DNA from: Spirochaetia bacterium
GTDB lineage: Bacteria > Spirochaetota > Spirochaetia > DSM-16054 > Sediminispirochaetaceae
Assembly (NCBI GenBank): GCA_034520965.1
Contig: JAXHMY010000001.1
Location: 1,024,001-1,088,000, forward strand
Length of the DNA stretch: 64,000 nt
Direction of reading: 5' to 3'
The number at the start of each line of letters is the position of its first letter. Position 1 is the stretch's first letter. The translations under genes were made by a program, and so were the position numbers. The notes beneath the pieces are model-generated. The model saw only the letters and a program-made list of their open reading frames with translations, was not told the origin of the DNA and ran no database searches. Below, one piece after another: positions 30,915-40,285 of this stretch.

Positions 30915-31466
30915 ATGAATAACAACGATATAGTAGAAGGCTTTGACGATGAAAAAGACGATAGCCTTAAAATACGTCTTGAAAAAATCGATAAAGTTGA
31001 AGGCTGCCTCGTATTGTATCTGACCGGATACATCGATACCTATAACTCAAATTTCTTTCAGAAGAGAGTCAGTAAAGCTGTCGAGAACGGATTCTCCCGG
31101 CTTATCTTTAACTGTGCGGGGCTCAACTACGTGTCCAGTACAGGAATCGGCTCGTTTACGGCATTCCTGAAGGCTGTAAAACCGCGGGGCGGAGACATCG
31201 TTCTTCTGGACATTCAGCCAAAAGTGTACGAAGTATTCCAGCTGCTGGGGTTCTCTCAATTCTTTAACATAAAAGATAACCTGCAAGAAGCTATAGAGTT
31301 CTTCAACTCCGCCGGAAAAACCGGTTCGACAGATGTCTTTCCTAAAATATTCAAATGCCCTATCTGTTCAAAAAAGCTGAAGGCTACGAAACCCGGGCGT
31401 TTCCGCTGCAGCGAATGCAAAACCATTTTAGCGATCGACAATTCCGGACAGGTCTTTCTAGGTTAG
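30915..31466 (+). CDS. STAS anti-sigma-factor antagonist with C-terminal Zn ribbon
   Basis: GYIDTYN, LNYVSSTGIG (phosphorylatable Ser), then CPIC...RCSEC. Confidence 0.9.
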   Translation: MNNNDIVEGFDDEKDDSLKIRLEKIDKVEGCLVLYLTGYIDTYNSNFFQKRVSKAVENGFSRLIFNCAGLNYVSSTGIGSFTAFLKAVKPRGGDIVLLDIQPKVYEVFQLLGFSQFFNIKDNLQEAIEFFNSAGKTGSTDVFPKIFKCPICSKKLKATKPGRFRCSECKTILAIDNSGQVFLG

Positions 31467-31502
31467 CATTCGTACCCATTTCAGTAAGGGGAGAGTGCAT
31501 TT

Positions 31503-31880
31503 ATGAACAAAATTGAAGGCTACCTCATCAATCTCGGTTTGACCTACGCAGAAATTAGTGAAAATACCTGGATGCTCAACGATCCGCAAAGCGGGCTTGA
31601 ACAAGTGGTGATAGCGGTAAATGAACCACTGGTCATTGTGCGGGTGAAGGTAATGAACGTTCCCCAGACTAATCGTGAAGCGTTTTTCCTTAAACTCCTG
31701 CAGCTAAACGGTTCAGATCTCATCCATGGGGCCTATGCAGTAGTTGAAAACGACGTTATTTTAATAGATACATTAAACTACGAAACTATGGATTTAGAAG
31801 ACTTCCAGGCTACTCTTGATGCAATGAGTCTTGCTCTCACCGAGCATTACTCGCTGCTCTCCAGCTTCCGAACACCATAG
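31503..31880 (+). CDS. CesT/YbjN-like chaperone-fold protein
   Basis: KLLQLNGSDLIHGAYAV; small acidic protein. Confidence 0.75.
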   Translation: MNKIEGYLINLGLTYAEISENTWMLNDPQSGLEQVVIAVNEPLVIVRVKVMNVPQTNREAFFLKLLQLNGSDLIHGAYAVVENDVILIDTLNYETMDLEDFQATLDAMSLALTEHYSLLSSFRTP

Positions 31881-31900
31881 TAGTATACAGAGGAATAAGC

Positions 31901-32593
31901 ATGGGATTTTTTGAAAGATTCAGGCGCATGATAAAAAGCAACCTCAACCAGATGATCAGTCGGGCGGAGGATCCGGAAAAAATGCTGAATCAGCTGATCA
32001 TCGATATGAACCAGCAGCTGATTGAGTCGAAAAAGAGTGTGGCCTCGGCCATCGCCGACGAAAAGAAGCTTGAGCGGCTAATGAACAACGCCCTTGCCCA
32101 GTCCCGCGAATGGGAGGAGAAGGCCCGTACCGCCGTAAAAGCCGGCAAGGACGATCTGGCAAAACAGGCCCTGGTTCGCAAGCAGGAATTTGACTCACAG
32201 GCCCAGCAGTACCGCGAGCAGTACGATTCACAGCATGAGTCGGTTGAAAAACTAAAACAAGCCCTGCGGCAGCTGCAGCAGAAGATAGAAGAGGCCCAGC
32301 GAAAGAAGAACTTGCTGATTGCCCGCTCGAAGCGGGCCGATACACAGCGACAAATTCAAGATACCATTGGAAACCTCGGCAATAACTCAGCCTTCGAAGC
32401 CTTCGACCGCCTGACCCAGGACATCGAAGATAAGGAGGCACGAAACGCCGCCATCGAAGAGATGGAATCTACCAGTTCAACCGACGAGCTGGAAGAGGAG
32501 TTTGCCAAGCTTGAAAACTCCGATTCATCCGCCGATTTGATGCTGGAAGACCTTAAACAGCGCATCCAGGATGAAGAGGGCAAAAAAAGCTAG
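31901..32593 (+). CDS. pspA: PspA/IM30 family protein
   Basis: MGFFERFRRMIKSNLN amphipathic helix, AEDPEKML, DDLAKQAL, long coiled coil. Confidence 0.95.
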   Translation: MGFFERFRRMIKSNLNQMISRAEDPEKMLNQLIIDMNQQLIESKKSVASAIADEKKLERLMNNALAQSREWEEKARTAVKAGKDDLAKQALVRKQEFDSQAQQYREQYDSQHESVEKLKQALRQLQQKIEEAQRKKNLLIARSKRADTQRQIQDTIGNLGNNSAFEAFDRLTQDIEDKEARNAAIEEMESTSSTDELEEEFAKLENSDSSADLMLEDLKQRIQDEEGKKS

Positions 32594-33355
32594 GTGAGCG
32601 GTGCATGCAGCCCCTTTCACAGTGTTATCAACATTGTATACGATAACGCATTACGGGGTGCCGAAGCTTTACCCATTCCCACAGATACCTTTCCCGCTTT
32701 TCTACACCCCAAGGTAGAAATTTGCTTTTCCCGGAATCCGCTTAGCACCGAGCATATCGACTTGTACCTTGTGCCGGCGGTTACCCTGCCCATCCACCGG
32801 AAATTTCAAAGCCCCCAGCCTTGCAGCGCAGCGCCGGTGATAGCCTACGGGCCGGAGAAGCTGCTGCCCCTGGCCTTTGACTGCGGCTGCTGTGACTATC
32901 TGCGCAGTCCCTGGGCCTTGAACGAACTGAGGGCCCGTGCGCTGCGTGCCCTTCCTCCGCGGCAGCTTGAGTTTGAGTGGGGAACCATTTCTCTGGAGAG
33001 GGAGCTGCAGGGAGAGGTTCTCCGTCTGCGTGAGCCCGCGGCAGCCCGCCCGGCCCAGCTTACACTCAGTGCACCGGAGGCGGCGATCCTGCGACTGCTG
33101 ATATTGCAGTCCGGAAACCCCGTCTCCAGGCAATGCCTTCAAGCCGGGCTGCAGAGGCTACAGAGGCAGCCTGAAAAAAATTCGCCCCCTGCCGGTCACA
33201 CATCCAGCCGTACCACCATTCGTACCGCCAGTCGGGCTGTGGATGTGCATATTTCCACTTTACGAAAAAAGTTTAACCTGTTGTCGGGGAAGGCATTGCA
33301 GCCCCATCCAATTCGAAGCATATACGGCTATGGCTACGTGCTTATTCACAAGTAA
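32594..33355 (+). CDS. OmpR-type winged-helix regulator with degenerate receiver domain
   Basis: SRAVDVHISTLRKK...IRSIYGYGY; GCCDYLRSPW remnant of REC. Confidence 0.75.
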   Translation: MSGACSPFHSVINIVYDNALRGAEALPIPTDTFPAFLHPKVEICFSRNPLSTEHIDLYLVPAVTLPIHRKFQSPQPCSAAPVIAYGPEKLLPLAFDCGCCDYLRSPWALNELRARALRALPPRQLEFEWGTISLERELQGEVLRLREPAAARPAQLTLSAPEAAILRLLILQSGNPVSRQCLQAGLQRLQRQPEKNSPPAGHTSSRTTIRTASRAVDVHISTLRKKFNLLSGKALQPHPIRSIYGYGYVLIHK

Positions 33356-33662
33356 TACACAGCATCTTCTAGTTGTGGATAACTTGTGAGAAAAATTTGA
33401 TAAGATTTTTGTGTCACTGTTATTATATCACTGTTTTATATTACAAAATAGTCAGGAATTAAAGGCGTTGTTTCGAAGGAGGTTATCTCTATTTTACAGA
33501 ATGAATTAACAACTTATTGTCTAGCAGTGAGGGTAAATAATGACCCACTCTGCATTTTTATTTACTCACAAGACTCAAAAAACTCTAAGGGTTGACACCC
33601 AACAGCCTGTGGATAACTTGTGCAGTACATTGTAAAATCCCTTTAAACAGTTTCACTGTTTA
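33342..33662. promoter_or_regulatory. DnaA-box cluster with AT-rich repeats (candidate oriC)
   Basis: TTATTCACA 33342, TAATACACA 33353, TGTGGATAA 33374 and 33608, TGTGAGAAA 33385, TTACTCACA 33562; AT-rich tandem repeat at 33414-33440. Confidence 0.7.
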
Positions 33663-33719
33663 GAGTTGCGAGGTATCTAGGTTCGTGTTACTATAAGGCA
33701 CCTAAAAAAGGATAAATCT

Positions 33720-34673
33720 GTGAAAAAAGCTGTAGTGCTTTCTGCGGCATACGTCGGTATTTATATCATCAGCCTCCTCCTCATATCCGGGGTGATCCTT
33801 ATTTTTATTTGGATAAGTAATTACTCACCGGAATACCAGTCAATGCACTTTTTTGAGCCGGCTTCGCAGGCCCTGCTTGCTGCAATTGCACCGGCGGTTG
33901 CACTTTCGTTGATGTTGGTATTGCTGCTGCGCACTCGAACACCCGCCCGCTCCCGCGATCCCCTAGGGGGTCTTATTGTGACTCTAGTGGCGATAGCACT
34001 GTATATGGGCACCGCCCTGCTGGTACTGCAGTTTTTCCAACCCGGCGCATCGACTGAGGTCCGGCACACTCCTTTTTTCCAGCAGCGACTGGTGCACATT
34101 GAACAGGATCTACTGTATACCGGTCAGATTCAGGTGTCCGAGGGCGACGAAGTGTCCATTGCTCCTCTGCTTAAAATAGATATGGATAAAACCCAGGCTC
34201 CCCGGATTACCTATTTCCAAAAAGCCCAGGCTGATCCTACCCGGCGGCGTATTACAGCCCCCGACGGAGAGACGATTCTCGAATACAGCCCAAGAACCAC
34301 TCCCTTCTACGCCTTTGTAGAGCCGCCGGCATCCTTGCAGCGGATCTCTCGGGAAGTCGAGGGCATCGCCCAGGTAATTCGACGGAGCACTGCAAAGGGA
34401 TGGATATTTTTGCTGCTGATAACCGCCGGCCATGTGCTGTTTTTAACCGGCAGCTGGTCCATTATACGCAGCAGCCGCTGGCCCCTGTTAAACGCGCTGA
34501 TTGCCCTGATTGTATTCAGAGGGTTTTTCTTCCTTGATACGGCCTTTCATAGCGGAGTGTTCGCTGAAGCCCTGCAGGTACTCTCGCTTGGGGAGTACAG
34601 TTTTTTGGCGGCCCCCGCCGCCTTCCTTCTGTTAGGCCTGCTGGGTATCTTATGGGGAGTAGTCCATGAATAA
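33720..34673 (+). CDS. Hypothetical membrane protein (3 TM, soluble domain, 3 TM)
   Basis: GTG start after AAGGA; hydropathy pattern. Confidence 0.75.
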   Translation: MKKAVVLSAAYVGIYIISLLLISGVILIFIWISNYSPEYQSMHFFEPASQALLAAIAPAVALSLMLVLLLRTRTPARSRDPLGGLIVTLVAIALYMGTALLVLQFFQPGASTEVRHTPFFQQRLVHIEQDLLYTGQIQVSEGDEVSIAPLLKIDMDKTQAPRITYFQKAQADPTRRRITAPDGETILEYSPRTTPFYAFVEPPASLQRISREVEGIAQVIRRSTAKGWIFLLLITAGHVLFLTGSWSIIRSSRWPLLNALIALIVFRGFFFLDTAFHSGVFAEALQVLSLGEYSFLAAPAAFLLLGLLGILWGVVHE

Positions 34674-36381
34674 ATTTGCCCGTCGCAGTTTTGTCTTTTT
34701 TATGGGAGCATTCCTGCTGGGCTACCTGTTTTTCTTTCTCCTTCAGCTGCAGCAGTATCCCGAAGAGTCGCTGCTGTACTTTTACAAGGTGCCCTGGATT
34801 TTCGAAGAAGCCCTGCGAATGCTGATTGAATACTTTCCGGTCCTGGCCATCAGCGCCGTCCTGCTGGCCTTTGCTACTATTCCCGGCACACATGCCGAAC
34901 TTATAGGCGGCACCGGAGTTATATCAAGCTCAGTAAGCCGGACAATTATTCTGTTTCTTATTTTTACCCTTTTGTATTCAATCCTCAGCGTCGGTCTCCT
35001 GCCGGTGCTCTACGAACACCGTCACAACCGTCTCTACCAAAGCAGGCTGGCCCGCAGTTATCTTCAACAAGCTGAAGCTGCCGAACAGCAGGATGAACTG
35101 GAGGCCGCCTATCTCCTCTACCGGGACTATCTGGAGATCGATGAGGATAATCGGGCAATAAAGGATAAGGTAAATTATTTAGAAGGACAGGTGAGCCTTC
35201 AGGAGGCCGCAGAGCGGCAGCAGGTAAGGGAGGAGGAGCCCCGCCGGAGCCTGCGCCATGACAACTACCGGGATATGAGTGCCAACGAGCTTGTGACTCA
35301 GGCGCGGCAGGCTTTAGAACAGGATGATCCGTTTACCGCCCACTATATGGCCCTGCTTGCCCAGCGGGTGGCGGAACGTGAAAACAAAACCCGGGAGGAC
35401 GCCAAACGTTTAGCTGCAAAGGCATGGGAGCAGATAGCCTCGCTGGAACCAAGCCGTGAAGAGCAGACGGCCCACCGCCTCTACAGCCGCAAACTCAGCG
35501 GCTACCAGGCCTTTACCCGTGAGCAGCCCATTAAGGCCTATTACATTTTTACTAGCCTGATTGAGGAGAACCCCGGGGACCCGGATGTGAAAGAATATTA
35601 CCAGAGAAGCCGGCAGCAGGCAGAGCAGGTCTCCTATTTTATAGACGAAGCGGAGATGTTGAAGTCTAATCCCGGTACCCGGAAAATTGTGTACCTGGAT
35701 GATGAGAGAGAACTGCTGTTTTTTGAAAAACTTGTTATTGAAAGCGGCCGGATATGGGCATATGGTATTGAACTGCTGAAGTTCTCTCCCGCGGGCATGC
35801 AGGAGCATATCAGTGCCCCCTACGGAAAGTTTTCTGGGGACACCATAATACTGCAGGGCATTGACCGGCAGAAAGAGGGCCGGAGTATCCAGCCTACGGT
35901 ACACAGCTCTTCGGAAGAGGAATACCTTCGCACCAGCATACGCATTACCCCCTCTATTCCGCAGCTGCTGCGTTTAAGCCGGGAACAGGCCTTCCTCAAC
36001 CGCCTGACCCTCCCGGACCTGTTGGTGCTGCAGCCGGTGATAAGCGAGTACGGATACCCCTCGTACCAGTTTGGGGTGCTGACCCTGATGCGGATACTCG
36101 AACCCTTTCTGTTTTTAATATTTGCGATATTCGCGGTCGCCTTCGGCTGGCACACCCGGGTCCATGCCCGCGGTTTTCCTTGGATGATACTGGTGCTGGC
36201 GCCGCTGCTGCCCTTTGTGATTGATCAGCTTGTCATTCTGTATGAGTACCTCCACCGACTGCTGTTGACCGCGGTGGTGCTGGAGTACGGCTTTGTTACC
36301 GGGATGGTGGGACTACTGCTGCTGGAAGGGGTACTTTTATTTATGGCACTGTTTTCGGTGGCTATTCAAAAGGAACTATGA
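34666..36381 (+). CDS. Hypothetical membrane protein with TPR-like periplasmic region
   Basis: 3 N-terminal TMs, helical repeats, 3 C-terminal TMs; overlaps both neighbours. Confidence 0.8.
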   Translation: MNKFARRSFVFFMGAFLLGYLFFFLLQLQQYPEESLLYFYKVPWIFEEALRMLIEYFPVLAISAVLLAFATIPGTHAELIGGTGVISSSVSRTIILFLIFTLLYSILSVGLLPVLYEHRHNRLYQSRLARSYLQQAEAAEQQDELEAAYLLYRDYLEIDEDNRAIKDKVNYLEGQVSLQEAAERQQVREEEPRRSLRHDNYRDMSANELVTQARQALEQDDPFTAHYMALLAQRVAERENKTREDAKRLAAKAWEQIASLEPSREEQTAHRLYSRKLSGYQAFTREQPIKAYYIFTSLIEENPGDPDVKEYYQRSRQQAEQVSYFIDEAEMLKSNPGTRKIVYLDDERELLFFEKLVIESGRIWAYGIELLKFSPAGMQEHISAPYGKFSGDTIILQGIDRQKEGRSIQPTVHSSSEEEYLRTSIRITPSIPQLLRLSREQAFLNRLTLPDLLVLQPVISEYGYPSYQFGVLTLMRILEPFLFLIFAIFAVAFGWHTRVHARGFPWMILVLAPLLPFVIDQLVILYEYLHRLLLTAVVLEYGFVTGMVGLLLLEGVLLFMALFSVAIQKEL

Positions 36382-37316
36382 AATTCCGCTTTTCTGAAGT
36401 GCGTTCACAACTTCAATTGTATATTCAATTGTATATTCGCCCCCACGCCGGCAAGCTGATAGGCGGGGCTATAGGCCTTGCCCTTGGGCTCAGGCTGTTC
36501 GGACTTATCTTCGGGCTGCTGCTGGGTGCTTTGGCGGATATTCTGCTGCAGGAGCTGCGTCTGCGGCGGCGGCTGGGCCAAAACCCGGAGGCCGAGTTTA
36601 GGGATGCCCAGGGGGCGGATGAGTTTCCTCCGGAACTTGGCTTTCTCATCAGCTTTACCCAAAAAGTCCTGGCCGCCGCCGGCCTGGATGAACCCCCGTC
36701 CAGCCACGACATTAGCTACCTTGAGCAGCAGCTGCTGCATCATTTTTCGCTTACCCCCCGGGGGGAGGCGGTGGTGCACCGGCTTTGCCGGACGTACTAT
36801 GAGCCGCGACACCCAAAGGCCGAGGCCCACGAAGCCTCCGATTCGCCCGAGGCCCCCGGGGCGCCTGAAACTCCCGAGTCGCACCGCGGCCTGAATACTC
36901 CGGTGGAGCTGTCCCCGAAAGAACAGCTGGCAGCCGCACGGCTGCTGTTTGAGGCGGCCACCCTCTCCAGCCCGGAAAAACGAATCAGTCACAGGGGAAA
37001 GCGCTTTGTACAGGAGAGCTGCCGCGCCTTGGGCATCCGGCCCGAATACACGGAGATCGCCGCCGGGATAGTTATCCGGGAGGATACCACCGACTACGAG
37101 GTGCTGGGGCTGGACCCGGATGTACCTGTGAAGGAGATTAAACGGGTATACCGCAGTCTGGCCGCCGAGTTTCATCCGGACAGCCTCCACGGGCTAAGCC
37201 CGGAACAGAAAACCGCGGCCACCGAGGCCTTTATGCGAATTAGAACCGCCTATGAGAACATTATGAGGGCCCGGGAGGGCCGGGGGGAGGGCCTGGGGGC
37301 CGACCGGCCGGATTAA
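36378..37316 (+). CDS. DjlA-like co-chaperone (TM, TerB-like region, C-terminal J domain)
   Basis: GKLIGGAIG TM; DYEVLGL...IKRVYRSLAAEFHPD...AFMRIRTAYE. Confidence 0.85.
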   Translation: MKFRFSEVRSQLQLYIQLYIRPHAGKLIGGAIGLALGLRLFGLIFGLLLGALADILLQELRLRRRLGQNPEAEFRDAQGADEFPPELGFLISFTQKVLAAAGLDEPPSSHDISYLEQQLLHHFSLTPRGEAVVHRLCRTYYEPRHPKAEAHEASDSPEAPGAPETPESHRGLNTPVELSPKEQLAAARLLFEAATLSSPEKRISHRGKRFVQESCRALGIRPEYTEIAAGIVIREDTTDYEVLGLDPDVPVKEIKRVYRSLAAEFHPDSLHGLSPEQKTAATEAFMRIRTAYENIMRAREGRGEGLGADRPD

Positions 37317-37394
37317 AGGCCGGCCCAGCCCCCTTGCCGGCTTGCCCCAGCCCGCCTCGGTCAGCTTGGGCCCCGCCCGGCCCTCCCGGCGGGG

Positions 37395-38693
37395 CTAGGG
37401 GCCTTCTTCGCAGGTGTCTTTGGAGTACTCGATGCGGGCCCCCAGGGACTGCAGGCGGCCGATCAGGTCCTCGTAGCCCCGCTCTATCTGGTACACGTTC
37501 TGGATGAGGCTGCTGCCTTCGGCGCACAGGGCGGCGATTACCATGGCCATACCGGCGCGCACGTCGGGGGAGACCAGCTCGCCGCCGCGCAGGCGCGAGG
37601 GGCCGCTGACCACGGCCCGGTGGGGGTCGCAGAGGATAATGCGGGCGCCCATGCCTATCAGCTTGTCGACAAAGAACATCCGCGATTCAAACATCTTTTC
37701 ATGCACCAGCACCGTGCCCTCGACCTGGGTGGCGACCACCGTGGTGATGCTGGTGAGGTCGGCGGGAAAACCGGGCCAGGGGGCATCGTCGATTTTGGGA
37801 ATCATGCCGCCCATCTCCGGGACCACCCGCAGCTCCTGTCCGGAGGGGACAAGGATATCCGCGCCGTCCCGCTCCCAGTGAATGCCCAGTTTGTTAAAGG
37901 CGATGCGCGTGGCCCGGAGGTGCTCCGGCCCCGCATCCTGTATCTCCAGCTCGCCCCGGGTAACCGCCGCTAGGCCGATATACGAGCCTACCTCCATGAA
38001 GTCCGCCCCAATGGTAAACTCGGCCCCGTGGAGGCGCTTGACGCCCTCGATGGTCAGGATGTTCGAGCCCACCCCGCTAATCTTGGCCCCCATCGCATTG
38101 AGCATATTACACAGGTCCTGTACGTGGGGCTCGCTGGCGGCATTCCGCAGAATGGTGGTGCCGGAGGCGGTTACCGCGGCCATCACCGCATTTTCGGTGG
38201 CCGTAACCGAGGCCTCGTCCAGAAAAATGTCCTCGCCCACCAGCTTGTTCGAGCTGAGCTTGAACATACCGTCTACCTCGACCCGGGCTCCCAGAGCGCT
38301 GAAGGCCAGAAAGTGGGTATCCAGCCGGCGGCGTCCGATAACATCGCCGCCGGGGGGCGGCATCAGCACCTTTCCCGTGCGCGCCAGCAGGGGGCCGGCA
38401 AACAGTATCGAGGCGCGAATATTTTTCGCCTGTTTGGCGGGTATCTCGTGGGTGGTGATATCCGAGGCGTGAATCCGCACCTCATTGGGCCCGAGCCGTT
38501 CAATCGAGGCTCCGAGGGTGGCGAGGATCTGCAGCATTACATGTACATCTTCTATATCCGGCAGGCGTTTTAAGACTACCGGCTCATCCGTTAAAAGGGT
38601 GGCGGCAATACAGGGCAGGGCGGAGTTTTTATTACCGCCGGCTCTGATTTTTCCTTTTATCGGGAAACTACCATCAACAACATAGGCACTCAT
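37395..38693 (-). CDS. murA: UDP-N-acetylglucosamine 1-carboxyvinyltransferase (Asp variant)
   Basis: [47 protein letters not shown]. Confidence 0.97.
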   Translation of the reverse strand: MSAYVVDGSFPIKGKIRAGGNKNSALPCIAATLLTDEPVVLKRLPDIEDVHVMLQILATLGASIERLGPNEVRIHASDITTHEIPAKQAKNIRASILFAGPLLARTGKVLMPPPGGDVIGRRRLDTHFLAFSALGARVEVDGMFKLSSNKLVGEDIFLDEASVTATENAVMAAVTASGTTILRNAASEPHVQDLCNMLNAMGAKISGVGSNILTIEGVKRLHGAEFTIGADFMEVGSYIGLAAVTRGELEIQDAGPEHLRATRIAFNKLGIHWERDGADILVPSGQELRVVPEMGGMIPKIDDAPWPGFPADLTSITTVVATQVEGTVLVHEKMFESRMFFVDKLIGMGARIILCDPHRAVVSGPSRLRGGELVSPDVRAGMAMVIAALCAEGSSLIQNVYQIERGYEDLIGRLQSLGARIEYSKDTCEEGP

Positions 38694-38771
38694 AGGCTAA
38701 ATCTATCTTACACAAAAGCTCTTTGCAAGTGGGTGGACACCCAGGGGGTTCCACTCAGCCCGGAACCTCTC

Positions 38772-40223
38772 TTATTGAGACTTGAGCTGAAGGTAGTACT
38801 GCTGGGGGGCAAAGGGGTTTTCGTTCATCATTACGCGGCACTCGCGGACGCTGCTGCGCCCGTCACGCAGGATAAAGCGAATGGAGAAGCGGGTGTGCCG
38901 GGCCGGCTTTACCAGCTGGGACTCTCCGGCAAAGGGGTTCTCCAGGACTCGCGGGACAATCACCGAGCTAAAGGGCCGCTCGCCGCGGTCGATCTGGGCC
39001 GCCAGGGCCGCATCGTCTACCTCGGGCCCACTGTCTTTTTCAGGCAGAGGGGTAAACAATCTCAGAAACAAACTCCCCATAGACATATCCGCATCCTCCA
39101 CGGGCAGCATAAGCGAAAAGGCTTGCTCCCACTTTCCCATGGACATCAGGGTGCCGGCGGAGTGCAGAAACTGGTTGAGGTTGCGAACGATGTTGGTGGA
39201 GTCGTGCTGGGCATACTTCGTACCGTCCCACTTGTACCAGGTAAGGAAGGTCTCGTAGCCGGTGCCCTCCTCAAAGACCCGGCGCCACTCGAGAATATCG
39301 AGGATGCCGTTATTGTTAATGTCGCGGGTTTCGGAGGTCACGGAAAGGTTGTTTTTGAGAGTGAAAAAGGAAAACTCATTGTAGCCGGAAAAGCTGACCC
39401 ACTGGCTTTTTTTGCCCTCGTGGGTTTGGAAAGAGATGCTCACCGCATAGGGCATGGGCCGGGAGTCGTCGAGCTTAAAGCCGCGAAAATCTTCGAAGAC
39501 AAACCAGCTGCTGAGGGGAATTCGGTACATGGACACCACCCCGCCGGGGCTGCGCAAAAACAGGGCCAGGTAGAACTTGAGTGGGCGTACCTCCTCTGAG
39601 AAAAGGCGGGACATGTCGCCCAGGTCGGAGGCTGCGATCCGGCGGTCGTGCACCAGCGCACTTTGGTCCTGCTCGCCGGCCTGCTTGCTAGCCTGCTTTT
39701 TCGCCTGGCCGGCGGCCTTGCCGGCTGCTTGGTCATCTGTTTGGGGCGGGGCGTTTATTTGGCTGTCGCTCTGGTCTTGCGGAGCCGGCTGGGCCTCTTC
39801 AGGATTCTCAACCAGTAAAAAGAAGATGTCGTCAAAGCCGTTTTGATCTAAATCATGGAAGATGCGCAAAGGCTGCCCGGTATCATCACTGAGAAAGATA
39901 AACCGCTCCGGGACATTCGGGTTTACAAGGTCCATTAGTTGATCGATCGGAATTTCTTGGGTGGGGGGAAGAAGTATCTGCCGGGAGGCATCTTTACCGC
40001 CGGAGGCTTGGGCATTGGCGGCGGCCTCAGAGTCCTCGGCCTCAGAATCCCCTTCGCCGGCCTGTGACGTGCCCTCGGCCTCAGCCGACTGCTCTCCGTG
40101 CTCTCCGGAGGCGGACTGAGCCCCGCTCCCCGAACCAACCGGAGTAGTACAACTCGTCCAGAAAAGCAGCACTATAGCAGCCGGCAAGCAGAAAAATGCT
40201 GCGGCACCGCGAAAAAGTATCAC
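38772..40223 (-). CDS. Lipoprotein with Ca-binding-type loops
   Basis: Lipobox-like FWTS-C; low-complexity linkers; DLDQNGFDD and DINNNGILD motifs. Confidence 0.75.
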   Translation of the reverse strand: MILFRGAAAFFCLPAAIVLLFWTSCTTPVGSGSGAQSASGEHGEQSAEAEGTSQAGEGDSEAEDSEAAANAQASGGKDASRQILLPPTQEIPIDQLMDLVNPNVPERFIFLSDDTGQPLRIFHDLDQNGFDDIFFLLVENPEEAQPAPQDQSDSQINAPPQTDDQAAGKAAGQAKKQASKQAGEQDQSALVHDRRIAASDLGDMSRLFSEEVRPLKFYLALFLRSPGGVVSMYRIPLSSWFVFEDFRGFKLDDSRPMPYAVSISFQTHEGKKSQWVSFSGYNEFSFFTLKNNLSVTSETRDINNNGILDILEWRRVFEEGTGYETFLTWYKWDGTKYAQHDSTNIVRNLNQFLHSAGTLMSMGKWEQAFSLMLPVEDADMSMGSLFLRLFTPLPEKDSGPEVDDAALAAQIDRGERPFSSVIVPRVLENPFAGESQLVKPARHTRFSIRFILRDGRSSVRECRVMMNENPFAPQQYYLQLKSQ

Positions 40224-40285
40224 CTAAACCCCCTGAGTTTACTATACTACCAGTGCTCAGCTAAATTATCCATTACTTTTATTCT

